DNA from: Inquilinaceae bacterium
Lineage (GTDB): Bacteria; Pseudomonadota; Alphaproteobacteria; DSM-16000; Inquilinaceae
Direction of reading: 5' to 3'
Length of the DNA stretch: 64,000 nt
Assembly (NCBI GenBank): GCA_965250245.1
Contig: OZ252296.1
Location: 26,994 to 90,993 of the forward strand
Shown: piece after piece, positions 29,276 to 40,232 of the stretch
Layout of the letters: each line of letters starts with the position of its first letter
Numbering within the stretch: the first letter of the stretch is position 1
Notes under the pieces: generated by a model
The model's input: only the letters and a program-made list of their open reading frames with translations
Told to the model about the DNA's origin: nothing
Database searches by the model: none
Made by a program: the position numbers and the translations under genes

Positions 29276-30457
29276 ATGTCGCTGCCGCGCCACTTGATCC
29301 TGGCCCTGACCTACGGGGTGATCGCGGTCGCCGTGGCCCTGACCCTGCCTTACAGCGTGCCGGCGGTCGGCAAATGGCCGGCGATCGGCATCGGTGCGCT
29401 GATCCTGGTCTTCGGAGCCGTGCTGCACGAGGCCTATTCGCGCCAGGTGCTGGAGCGCGACCTGAAGCTGGAGCTGGGGCGGCTGAACGATGACCGGGAC
29501 GCCGTCCTGGCGGAGCTGTCCCAGGCGCGGGCCGAAATCCAGGCGATCCAGCACCATCTGAGCACCGGCGCGGCCACCGCAAGCGCCCTGGACAAGGTGC
29601 AGGACGATGTCCGGATGCTGCAGACGCTGGTGGCGCGCCTGGGCGGGCGGCGCAGCACAAGAACCATGCCGCCGGTCTCCGAGCGCGCCATCGTGGCGGA
29701 GGCGGTCGACGACACCCTGTCCGACGACGACCTCGCCGCGCTGCTGGAAGACGCCATCGGCCGCGACCGCATCGACATGGCGCTGCAGCCCATCGTCAGC
29801 CTGCCGCAGCGCAAGACCCGGTTCTACGAGGGGCTTTGCCGCATCCGCACCGATGAGGGCGCCCATATTCCGGCCGGCCGCTTCATCGAGCTGGCCGAGC
29901 GGCTCGGCCTGGTCACCGCCATCGACAACGTGCTGCTGTTCCGCTGCGTGCAGCTGGTCCGCGACGCGGTGCGGCGTCACCGGCTGGTCGGCTTCTTCGC
30001 CAATGTCTCGGTGGACACCCTGCGCGACAGGGAGTTCATGGACCAGTTCGTGGATTTCGTCGTCGGGGCGCCGGAGCTGGCCTCGCGGCTGGTGTTCGAG
30101 ATCGGCGCGGAGGATTTCCGCGAGGCCGGGGAGACCCTGTGGCCGCCGCTGGACCGGCTGGCGGCGCTGGGGTTCCGCTTCTCGGTCGACAAGGTCAGCG
30201 ATCTGGCCGGGCTGGATGTCGAGACGCTGGAACAGCGCTTCGTGCGCTTCGTGAAGGTGGACGCGGCGACGGTGATCGGCCTGACCCGCGACGGCGAGGC
30301 CGCGGACGCGTTGCGGGCCATCAAGCGGCGGCTGGACGAGAGCGCCATCGACCTGATCGTCGACCGCATCGAGACCGAGGCGCAGCTGGTCGAGCTGCTC
30401 GACCTTCCGGTCGATTTCGGCCAGGGCCTGCTGTTCGGCGAGCCGCGCACGAGTTAG
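29276..30457 (+). CDS. Membrane-anchored coiled-coil EAL-domain protein (partly degenerate EAL)
   Basis: 393 aa with 2 N-terminal TM segments, a coiled coil and then an EAL-like domain (YEGLCRIR, ANVS, FEIGAED, FSVDKVSD, VKVD, DRIETE, GQGLLFGEP). Confidence 0.8.
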   Translation: MSLPRHLILALTYGVIAVAVALTLPYSVPAVGKWPAIGIGALILVFGAVLHEAYSRQVLERDLKLELGRLNDDRDAVLAELSQARAEIQAIQHHLSTGAATASALDKVQDDVRMLQTLVARLGGRRSTRTMPPVSERAIVAEAVDDTLSDDDLAALLEDAIGRDRIDMALQPIVSLPQRKTRFYEGLCRIRTDEGAHIPAGRFIELAERLGLVTAIDNVLLFRCVQLVRDAVRRHRLVGFFANVSVDTLRDREFMDQFVDFVVGAPELASRLVFEIGAEDFREAGETLWPPLDRLAALGFRFSVDKVSDLAGLDVETLEQRFVRFVKVDAATVIGLTRDGEAADALRAIKRRLDESAIDLIVDRIETEAQLVELLDLPVDFGQGLLFGEPRTS

Positions 30458-30482
30458 AGGCTCTGTACAACCAAACTTGGTT

Positions 30483-30645
30483 GAACCACAGAGACACAGA
30501 GAACCAAAGCGACCAAACACACCGATCGTCATTCCCGCGAAGGCGGGAATCTCGACGGGCAAGTGCCGGCGGCTCGAGATTCCCGCCTTCGCGGGAATGA
30601 CGAATTGGGTGGTTGCTGGTTCTCCGTGTCTCTGTGCCTCTGTGG
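30483..30645. repeat. Composite nested-palindrome REP/MITE-like element (copy B)
   Basis: Outer arms GAACCACAGAGACACAGAGAACC (30483-30505) / GGTTCTCCGTGTCTCTGTGCCTCTGTGG (30618-45). Inner hairpins CGTCATTCCCGCGAAGGCGGGAATC (30527-51) and GATTCCCGCCTTCGCGGGAATGACG (30578-30602). Confidence 0.85.
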
Positions 30646-30727
30646 TGATCCCCTTTTGGTTCCCGCCGCGCGCACGAACCTGAACCGTCTTGGTTCCCGT
30701 CGTCACCGATGCTAAAGACGCGGCTCC

Positions 30728-31633
30728 TTGACCATGGATCCCGGCATGTCCCCCGAAATCCCGATCCTGCCCGGTGTCGGCGCCGTGGCCGCGCGCTATG
30801 ACGGTTTCATCCTCGACCTGTGGGGCGTGGTGCATAACGGCCAGCGGCCGCTGCCCGGCGTCATCGACTGCCTGCGGCGCCTGCGCGCCGAGGGCAAGAG
30901 TGTCTGCCTGCTGTCCAACGCGCCGCGCCGGATCGAAGGGCTGATCGGCCGGCTGGAGGAGATCGGCGTCCCGCGCGATCACTACGATCACCTGATGAGC
31001 TCGGGCGAGGCCACCCATGAGGCGCTGGCCGCGCCGCCCGACGATTTCCACCGGGCGCTGGGCCGGCACTGCCTGCACATAGGGCCGCCGCGCGACACCA
31101 ACATCTATGACGGGCTCGACTTCGAGATCGTCGGCCGGGCCGACGAGGCGGATTTCGTCCTCAACACCGGCATCATCGACTATGCCGATACCGTGGAGGA
31201 CTATGGCGGCCCCCTGGCCGAGGCGGCGGCGCTGGACCTGCCGATGATCTGCGCCAATCCGGACCTGGTGGTCGTGGTCGGCGACACGCCGGCGATCTGC
31301 GCCGGCGCTCTGGCCAAGCATTACGAGGAGTTGGGCGGTCGGGTCGCCTATCATGGCAAGCCGTACCCATCGGTGTACCAGCGCTGCTTCCAGCTGATGC
31401 CGGATGTCGACCGGGCACGGTTCCTGGCGGTCGGAGACAGCTTCCGGACCGACATCGCCGGCGCCAACGCGGTCGGCATCGACTGCCTGCTGGTCGCCGG
31501 CGGAATCCACGCCAAGGAGCTGTCCGGCCCGGACGGCGGCATCGATCCGGCGAAGCTCGCCGCCGCCGTCGCGGAGAGCGGCCACCGGCCGACCTATGGC
31601 GGGACAGGACTGATCTGGGGGCCCGATGCCTGA
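30728..31633 (+). CDS. HAD-superfamily hydrolase, subfamily IIA-like
   Basis: 301 aa with motif I FILDLWGVVHNG, SNAPRR, and C-terminal GDSFRTDIAGA. TTG start; alternative ATGs at 30734 and 30746. Confidence 0.8.
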   Translation: MTMDPGMSPEIPILPGVGAVAARYDGFILDLWGVVHNGQRPLPGVIDCLRRLRAEGKSVCLLSNAPRRIEGLIGRLEEIGVPRDHYDHLMSSGEATHEALAAPPDDFHRALGRHCLHIGPPRDTNIYDGLDFEIVGRADEADFVLNTGIIDYADTVEDYGGPLAEAAALDLPMICANPDLVVVVGDTPAICAGALAKHYEELGGRVAYHGKPYPSVYQRCFQLMPDVDRARFLAVGDSFRTDIAGANAVGIDCLLVAGGIHAKELSGPDGGIDPAKLAAAVAESGHRPTYGGTGLIWGPDA

Positions 31634-31901
31634 GCTGCAGGCCAGCCATTGGCCGTTCTACACGGTCCTGCTGGTCGGCTACCTGGTCTTCGTCTACGTG
31701 CTGGGCCGCGAGGTCTGGTTCGGGCTGCGCCATGGCCGCACCGCGGTCTATTGGCGCGGCACCGTCCTGAAGGTGCGCAAGGTGGTCTATGAGCGGGCCG
31801 AGACGCCGTGGAAGTTCGGCTTCGCGCTGGCGGCCAATTTGGCGCTGCTCGTCGCCACCCTGGCCCTGCCGGTGCTCCTGCTGCGCGGCACCGCCGGATA
31901 G
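31626..31901 (+). CDS. Small two-TM membrane protein
   Basis: 91 aa with very high GC3. It overlaps the HAD gene end by 8 nt. It has two hydrophobic segments. Confidence 0.55.
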   Translation: MPELQASHWPFYTVLLVGYLVFVYVLGREVWFGLRHGRTAVYWRGTVLKVRKVVYERAETPWKFGFALAANLALLVATLALPVLLLRGTAG

Positions 31902-31907
31902 CGCGGC

Positions 31908-33191
31908 TCAGGTCACCGCAGCCCGGGCCCGGTAATCCGGCCTGTCCCAGGCGGCCGTCTCCATGATCTCGCGCAGGATCGCGACCGCTTCCCAGATCTC
32001 GGCATAGGTGTTGTAGAGCGGCGCGAATCCGAAGCGGATCAGGTCCGGGGCGCGGAAATCGCCGATCACGCCGCGATCGATCAGGGCGCGCATGATCGCG
32101 TAGCCTTCCGGATGCGCGAAGGAGACTTGGCTGCCGCGCAGCGCCGCGTCCCGGGGGGCGGCCAGGGTAAACCCGTGATCGCCGCATTCCTGTTCGACCA
32201 GCGCGATGAACAGGTCGCCGAGCGCGGCGGATTTCCCGTGGCGTGCATCCGCGTCGGCCTCCAGCAGCATGTCCACACCGCAGTCCAGCGCGGCGATCGC
32301 CAGCACCGGCGGGGTGCTGCAGATCATCCGGCGGAGGTCCGGGGCTGGCCGGTAGTCCAGGTCGAAGGCGAAAGGCTCTGCATGGCCGAGCCAGCCGGAC
32401 AGGACCGGCATGGCGATGTCCTGCCAGCGGCGGGCGACATAGAGGAAGGCCGGCGCGCCGGGGCCTCCATTCAGGTATTTGTAGCCGCAGCCGAGCGCGA
32501 AATCGGCGCCCTGTCCGTTCGACCGGCTGCCGTCCAGCGCCAGCGGACGGTTCAGGTCCACCGGAATCGCACCGGCGCTGTGCGCCAAATCCCAGATCAC
32601 CAGCGCGCCCTTCTCATGGGCCAGTTCGGTGATCCGCGCCATGTCGTGCCGGCGGCCGGTGCGGTAATCCACCTCGGTCAGCATGACCACGCCGGTCCGG
32701 CTGTCGATCGCGTCGGCGATCTCGTCATGGTCGACCAGACTCAGGCGGCAGCGATGGCCGATCAGGGCGGACAGGCCCTGGACCATGTAGAGATCGGTCG
32801 GGAAGTTCTGCCGGTCGGAGAGCACGGTCGGGCGGCCGGGCGTCATTTCCACCGCCGCCGCCAGCAGCTTGAACAGGTTGATCGCGGTGGTATCGGCGAC
32901 CAGAACCTCGTCGGCCTCGGCTCCGATCAGCCGGGCGATCTTGGCGCCGACCTTGTGCGGCGCGCCGATCCAATCGCGCGACAGCCAGCCGCGGATCAGC
33001 TCGCCGCCCCATTCCTCCGTCAGGACCTGTTGCATCCGCTCCGGCGTCGCCTTGGGCAGCGCGCCCAGCGAGTTGCCGTCGAGATAGATCACGCCTTCCG
33101 GCAACTCGAAGCGGTCGCGGAAGGCGCGCAGCGGGTCGGCGGAGTCCCGGGCTTCCAGCGCGGCCCGGGTCAGCGGTGCGGGTAAGTCCAT
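31908..33191 (-). CDS. kynU: Kynureninase
   Basis: 427 aa. The N-terminus LRAFRDRFELPEGVIYLDGNSLGALP and the PLP-enzyme pattern are typical of KynU. Confidence 0.92.
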   Translation of the reverse strand: MDLPAPLTRAALEARDSADPLRAFRDRFELPEGVIYLDGNSLGALPKATPERMQQVLTEEWGGELIRGWLSRDWIGAPHKVGAKIARLIGAEADEVLVADTTAINLFKLLAAAVEMTPGRPTVLSDRQNFPTDLYMVQGLSALIGHRCRLSLVDHDEIADAIDSRTGVVMLTEVDYRTGRRHDMARITELAHEKGALVIWDLAHSAGAIPVDLNRPLALDGSRSNGQGADFALGCGYKYLNGGPGAPAFLYVARRWQDIAMPVLSGWLGHAEPFAFDLDYRPAPDLRRMICSTPPVLAIAALDCGVDMLLEADADARHGKSAALGDLFIALVEQECGDHGFTLAAPRDAALRGSQVSFAHPEGYAIMRALIDRGVIGDFRAPDLIRFGFAPLYNTYAEIWEAVAILREIMETAAWDRPDYRARAAVT

Positions 33192-33237
33192 GCCCCCTTA
33201 TACCAGGGCGGGCCGGAATTGGATGGTATCGGCGGGG

Positions 33238-33873
33238 CTACTCCGCCGGCTGGGGGCGCGGCTGGGCAAGCTCGCCCATGGCCTGGCGGATGATCTGCAG
33301 GGCCGACCATAGGAACAGGGCCGACATGATGCCGGCGACGATCACGTCCGGCCAGCCGGTGCCGGTGGCCCACACGCCGCTGGCCGCCAGCACGACGGCG
33401 GTGTTGCCGATCACGTCGTTGCGGGTGCACAGCCAGACCGAGCGCACATTGGCGTCACCGTTGCGGAAGCGCAGCAGCAGCAGGAAGCAGGCCAGGTTCG
33501 CCGCGAAGGCCAGTGCGCCGATGCCGCCCATCAGCCCGGCCGCCGGCAGGCCGAGGAAGAAGACCTCCCAGATCGTGGCGCCGGCCACCCACAGCCCCAT
33601 GGCGCCGAGGCTCAGGCCTTTCACCATGGCGGCCATCGCGCGCCGGTGCAGCGGCATGCCGATCACCGCCAGGCTGATGGCGTAGGTCAGGGTGTCGCCG
33701 AGGAAATCGAGCGAATCGGCTTTCAGCGCCATCGATCCGGCGGCGAAGCCGGCGGTGAGCTCGACCACGAACATGGTCGCGTTGATGGTGATCACCGCCC
33801 ACAGCACGCGGCGATAGGCCTCGGAGACCCCGTTGAACCGCACCTCGTTGCCGCAGCACCCGGCCATGGACAC
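33238..33873 (-). CDS. Short cation diffusion facilitator (CDF) family transporter lacking the cytoplasmic C-terminal domain
   Basis: 211 aa with 6 TM segments, CDF motifs (ALKADSLDFLGD, NDVIGN) and an N-terminal CC pair (MAGCCGNE). GTG 33873 or ATG 33867. Confidence 0.8.
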   Translation of the reverse strand: MSMAGCCGNEVRFNGVSEAYRRVLWAVITINATMFVVELTAGFAAGSMALKADSLDFLGDTLTYAISLAVIGMPLHRRAMAAMVKGLSLGAMGLWVAGATIWEVFFLGLPAAGLMGGIGALAFAANLACFLLLLRFRNGDANVRSVWLCTRNDVIGNTAVVLAASGVWATGTGWPDVIVAGIMSALFLWSALQIIRQAMGELAQPRPQPAE

Positions 33874-33912
33874 ACTCCTTGTCGCGGCGCTTCGCTGCCC
33901 TCACATGGTATA

Positions 33913-33943
33913 TATCTACAGTCTCTAGTAACTTTAGGTTCAA
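33913..33943 (-). promoter_or_regulatory. MerR-type promoter/operator for the CDF gene
   Basis: Minus-strand reading: TTGAAC (33943-33938), then a 19-bp spacer CTAAAGTTACTAGAGACTG, then TAGATA (33918-33913). The spacer region is an imperfect dyad (16 of 22 positions self-complementary). Confidence 0.65.
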
Positions 33944-33953
33944 GGGGTGAAGC

Positions 33954-34403
33954 ATGGGGATCGACGATCTGACCATCGGCCGGCTGGCGCGCGAGGCAGG
34001 GTGCAAGGTCCAGACGATCCGCTATTACGAGCAGATCGGCCTGATGCCGGAACCCGCCCGGACAGAGGGCAACCAGCGGCGCTACGGCACCCGCCATGCC
34101 CAGCGCCTGGCCTTCATCCGCCACGCCCGCGAGCTCGGCTTCCCCCTGGACTCGGTGCGCGAGCTGTTGAGTCTGTCCGACGACCGGGACCGGTCCTGTG
34201 ATGCGGCCGATGCCATCGCCAAGGACCATCTGGCCGCCGTCGAGCGCCGTATCCTGCGGCTCAACGCGCTCAAGGCCGAGCTGGAGCGGATGATCGAGCA
34301 GTGCAAGGGCGGTCGCATCGCCGATTGCCGGGTGATCGAGGTGGTCGCCGATCACAGCCACGCCCATTGCCTGACCGATCATGGCGTCGAGGTCGAGGCC
34401 TGA
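33954..34403 (+). CDS. MerR-family heavy-metal-responsive transcriptional regulator
   Basis: 149 aa with the HTH IGRLAREAGCKVQTIRYYEQIGL, Cys at the head of the dimerisation helix (DRSCDAA), a C-x7-C loop (CKGGRIADC) and a His-rich tail (HSHAHC). Confidence 0.9.
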   Translation: MGIDDLTIGRLAREAGCKVQTIRYYEQIGLMPEPARTEGNQRRYGTRHAQRLAFIRHARELGFPLDSVRELLSLSDDRDRSCDAADAIAKDHLAAVERRILRLNALKAELERMIEQCKGGRIADCRVIEVVADHSHAHCLTDHGVEVEA

Positions 34404-34494
34404 TTGCCTCGGGAGTGAGCCGGCGGCGCGGTTTTGACGTAAGCAACCGGTAGGGGTCATCATCGGCCCAGGCACGACGGGGCGAGGCGACCAG

Positions 34495-36327
34495 ATGGCG
34501 AAGGCAGAGTGGCAATGGCGCTTTGACCTGCCGCCGGAACGTCTGTGGCCGGTCATGTCGGACACGCCGCGGTTCAACGAGGCGCTGGGCACGCCGAAAT
34601 TCCAGGTCGAGGAGATCGCGCAGCCGGATGGGACCGTGCTGCGGCTTGCCCGGGCGCGCATGGGCCGGCTCGATCTCGAATGGGAGGAGCGGCCCTATGA
34701 ATGGGTCGAAGGGCGGCGCTGGACGCATCGCCGCATCTTCCGACTGGGCCCGTTCCGCGTTCTTGGCGCATCCGTGCTGCTCGAGCCCGACGATGGCGGA
34801 ACCCGTATGACCTACGGCCTGGTGGCGGAGCCGGCGACCCTGTTCGGCAAATTCCTGCTGGCAGCCGGGTTCCTGCGCCGCGCCGGGAGGAATATCGAAA
34901 GGCTGGCGCTGTCGGCGGCCGCCTTCGCGGCCGGCGAGCGCACCGAAGTCTACGACCATGAGCCGCCGATCATGACGGCAAGCGCCGAAGAGCGGCTGGC
35001 AGGCATGGTCGTTGAGATCGAAAAGGGCCCTTACCATCATGGCCTTGCTGCGCGTCTGGCGGATCACGTCCGGACAGCGCAGGAGGTCGATTTGATGCAC
35101 ATGCGGCCCCTGACCCTGGCCCGGTCATGGCAGGAGCCGTCCCGCAAGGTCGTCGAGGTGTGCCTGGCGGCCGTGGCCAGCGGCATGCTGGAGATGCATT
35201 GGGACCTGCTGTGCCCGCGCTGCCGTGGCGCCAAGGCGATGGTGCCGAGCCTGGACAAGCTGCCGACCGGGGTGCATTGCCCGTCCTGCAGCATCGACTT
35301 CGACCGCGACTTCGACCGCAACATCGAACTGACGTTCAGCCCCGCCGCCGCGATCCGGCCGATCCTGATCGGCGAGTACTGCCTCGGCGGGCCGGTGAAG
35401 ACGCCGCATGTGCGGCTTCAGCAGATCCTGGCGCCGGGCGAACGCCGTTCGCTGGACTGCGACCTGCCGCCCGGCGCCTATCGCCTGCGCACCCTGGAGC
35501 CCGGCGGGGAGTGCGAGATCGACCACGAGGGCGGCGGATTTCCCGGCATCATCGCGGACGGGACGGACGTCACCGCCGGGCCGACCGGCGGCCCCGGCGA
35601 GCTGGTTCTGGAGAACCGGGCGGCGTCGGAGCGCACCTTCATCGTCGAGAGCCGCGATTGGGTGCGCGACGCCCTGACGGCGCATCAGGTGGCGACGCTG
35701 CAGACCTTCCGCGACCTGTTCTCCAGCGAGACCATTGCGTCCGGCGATTCGATCGAGGTCAGCCAGGTGACGCTCATGTTCACCGACCTGAAGGGCTCGA
35801 CGGCGCTGTACGAGCGGATCGGCGACGCCGCCGCCTTCGCGCTGGTCCGGGCCCATTTCGCCTTCCTGGCCGACGCGGTGCGCCGGTGCAACGGCGCCAT
35901 CGTCAAGACCATCGGCGACGCGGTGATGGCCGCGTTCAGCGACCCGGCCGACGCCGTCGCCGCGGCGCTCGCGATCCAGCGGGAGGTCGCCGGCTTCAAC
36001 GATCAGCAGGGGGCGGAGGCGATCGTCATCAAGATCGGCCTGCATGCCGGCCCGTGCATCGCCGTCTCGCTCAACAGCCGCATCGACTATTTCGGCTCGA
36101 CCGCCAACCTGGCCGCCCGCCTGGAAGGCCAGAGCGCCGGCGGCGACATCGTCATCTCCGCCGCCATGGCTGCCGATCCGGGCGTGGCCGGGCTGCTCGA
36201 ACCCCACGCACTGTCTGACGAGACGGCAACGCTCAAGGGCTTCGATGCGCCGATCGGGTTCCTGCGCTTGCCCATGGCCTCCGCGCAGCCGGCATCGCGG
36301 TGCCAGCCGGATGCCGCGGCCGGCTGA
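34495..36327 (+). CDS. Class III adenylate/guanylate cyclase with an N-terminal SRPBCC-like domain and a 4-Cys motif
   Basis: 610 aa with the C-terminal cyclase domain (VTLMFTDLKGSTALYERIGD...IVKTIGDAVMAAF...GSTANLAARL). The middle has CPRC...CPSC. Confidence 0.9.
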   Translation: MAKAEWQWRFDLPPERLWPVMSDTPRFNEALGTPKFQVEEIAQPDGTVLRLARARMGRLDLEWEERPYEWVEGRRWTHRRIFRLGPFRVLGASVLLEPDDGGTRMTYGLVAEPATLFGKFLLAAGFLRRAGRNIERLALSAAAFAAGERTEVYDHEPPIMTASAEERLAGMVVEIEKGPYHHGLAARLADHVRTAQEVDLMHMRPLTLARSWQEPSRKVVEVCLAAVASGMLEMHWDLLCPRCRGAKAMVPSLDKLPTGVHCPSCSIDFDRDFDRNIELTFSPAAAIRPILIGEYCLGGPVKTPHVRLQQILAPGERRSLDCDLPPGAYRLRTLEPGGECEIDHEGGGFPGIIADGTDVTAGPTGGPGELVLENRAASERTFIVESRDWVRDALTAHQVATLQTFRDLFSSETIASGDSIEVSQVTLMFTDLKGSTALYERIGDAAAFALVRAHFAFLADAVRRCNGAIVKTIGDAVMAAFSDPADAVAAALAIQREVAGFNDQQGAEAIVIKIGLHAGPCIAVSLNSRIDYFGSTANLAARLEGQSAGGDIVISAAMAADPGVAGLLEPHALSDETATLKGFDAPIGFLRLPMASAQPASRCQPDAAAG

Positions 36328-36411
36328 ACGGCCGATCGGCCGGAATGGACGCTGCACCAACCGCACTTGTATGATTGCAATGTCTGCGCGCCGGCACGGA
36401 GGGCCACGATC

Positions 36412-38565
<2,154 letters not shown>

Positions 38566-38584
38566 TGGCAGTACGGACCCGTCG

Positions 38585-39319
38585 ATGAAGATCTGCCGGC
38601 GGCCGATCGTCTGGAGTGGCCCTGGTTGGCTGCTCGTTTCGGCGGTTCTACTGATCGTCGTCTGCTTCCCGAACGAGGCGCCCGCGGAACAGCCTTCGGA
38701 TTCAGCGGTGGCGGAACTCGCCGGCTCCGGCCGGCTCCAACTTGCGTGGGAGCCGAGCGTCGCCTTCGTCGAGTTCTGGAATGACGGCCGCCCCGGCATC
38801 TTCGCTGCCACGACAAGTGGCGGCCAGCATGCCTATGCGCCTTGCGAAGGCGGTGTCTGCACCATTGATCAAGCGGAACGGGTCATCGAAGACTGCATTT
38901 ACCTGTACCGCATTCCGGCGCTGGACTGTGCGATCGTCGTCTTCGAACGCAAGGTGGTCTGGCGCGGCGAGGTGTCGAGCCCGTATGGCCGATTGCACGT
39001 TCTGGAGGACCACAACCGCAGTCTGGCCCAGGCACTGGTGTTCGAATTTCCCGGTCAGGAAGCGGCGGCTGCCACGGTGTTCATCAATCGGACACATCCC
39101 ATCGGGCAGTTCACGATCGAGCAGGACGCAATGGGCGGCTATTGCCTGGGCACCTACGACTTCCTGGCGGAAGATCACCGCCTCTGGGACCTGAGATGCC
39201 TGAGCGGCTACGAGGCGTCGGGCTCGTTCCCGGCCGGCGATCTGGCGAAGGGTGGGGCCGGGACCGGGACCGACAGCGACGGTGGCGAGGTCAGACTGAC
39301 GCTCCAGCCGCGCGGATGA
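38585..39319 (+). CDS. Hypothetical secreted Cys-containing protein
   Basis: 244 aa, starting 19 nt after scpA. It has an N-terminal hydrophobic signal and 8 Cys. No recognised domain. Confidence 0.6.
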   Translation: MKICRRPIVWSGPGWLLVSAVLLIVVCFPNEAPAEQPSDSAVAELAGSGRLQLAWEPSVAFVEFWNDGRPGIFAATTSGGQHAYAPCEGGVCTIDQAERVIEDCIYLYRIPALDCAIVVFERKVVWRGEVSSPYGRLHVLEDHNRSLAQALVFEFPGQEAAAATVFINRTHPIGQFTIEQDAMGGYCLGTYDFLAEDHRLWDLRCLSGYEASGSFPAGDLAKGGAGTGTDSDGGEVRLTLQPRG

Positions 39320-39354
39320 ACTTCCGTCGACGGCTTCTGGTGTGACGACGGTCG

Positions 39355-40026
39355 CTACGATCCGCTGAGCAGCGCGTCGAGGTCGCGGCGGACCTCGTCG
39401 GCGAGGATGCTGGCCAGGCTGGCGGGCGGCACCGCGCGCTGGGCCTGTTCCGGGGAAATGGTCGCCCAGTTTTCCGAGCCCGGGATCGGGGCGCTGCGGC
39501 GGGCGATGCGGTATTCCAGCGGCGTGTTGGTGCCGGCGCGGCGGTCCTCGACCAGCAGCTGGGCCCGCATCGACAGGGTGCAGGTCTGCTCGTAGACCAG
39601 CCCGCCATCGCAGAAATAGGCGCCGTCCACATTGACCCGGACATAGACGTCCGACGCCGCACGCGCGGTGTCGGAATCGCGGTCGACGAGGTCGACCCGG
39701 GCGCCCGGCGCCTGGTCGCGCAGCGCGTCGCGCACCGCCCGCCCGACCGCCTGATAGGCCTCCGGGACGTCGAGTTCCGGGCGCATGCCAAAGCGTCCCT
39801 CGAAGGAGGTGTCGAGAACGGCGATGCTCTGGCCGTCATAGGCAACGCCGACGATGGCGCTATCTTCCAGCGTGTTCTTGACGTTCTTCAGGTTTGGCGC
39901 GCAGGCGCCGGCTGCGAGGCAGGCGATCAGAATCAGCCCGCATTGGGCGACAGCAGGAACACGCACGAGGACCCTCCGGACTTCTTGTCGGGATCGGGAC
40001 GGTGAGCGGCGACGGTCTTGTATCAC
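39355..40026 (-). CDS. Hypothetical lipoprotein/secreted protein
   Basis: 223 aa from a GTG start. Signal with ...LIACLAAGAC. Convergent with the previous gene. Confidence 0.6.
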   Translation of the reverse strand: MIQDRRRSPSRSRQEVRRVLVRVPAVAQCGLILIACLAAGACAPNLKNVKNTLEDSAIVGVAYDGQSIAVLDTSFEGRFGMRPELDVPEAYQAVGRAVRDALRDQAPGARVDLVDRDSDTARAASDVYVRVNVDGAYFCDGGLVYEQTCTLSMRAQLLVEDRRAGTNTPLEYRIARRSAPIPGSENWATISPEQAQRAVPPASLASILADEVRRDLDALLSGS

Positions 40027-40232
40027 GAATTCCGCTAATCCACGGTTAAGGCAGTGATGGCCGTTTTCGGATACGCGGTCACAATATTCTCAAAACAAAT
40101 TTTAAATAAAAATGATCGGATTTCGACTTTCCATAATGAAAATCATGTAACGAATTATTACGAGGCCTTGAGATTGTATCCGGCACTCCAAGATTCATCG
40201 GAACTCTGGAACCAGATCGGAGACGTGACGGA

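Noticed and set aside
29207-31585. 792-aa minus-strand ORF spanning the EAL gene, the REP element and the HAD gene
   Set aside because: It runs straight through a non-coding REP element and is antisense to two genes with clear domains, so it is a high-GC artefact. The same applies to 35125-37821 (898 aa, antisense to the cyclase and scpA) and 53230-55968 (912 aa, antisense to the ABC exporter and meaB).
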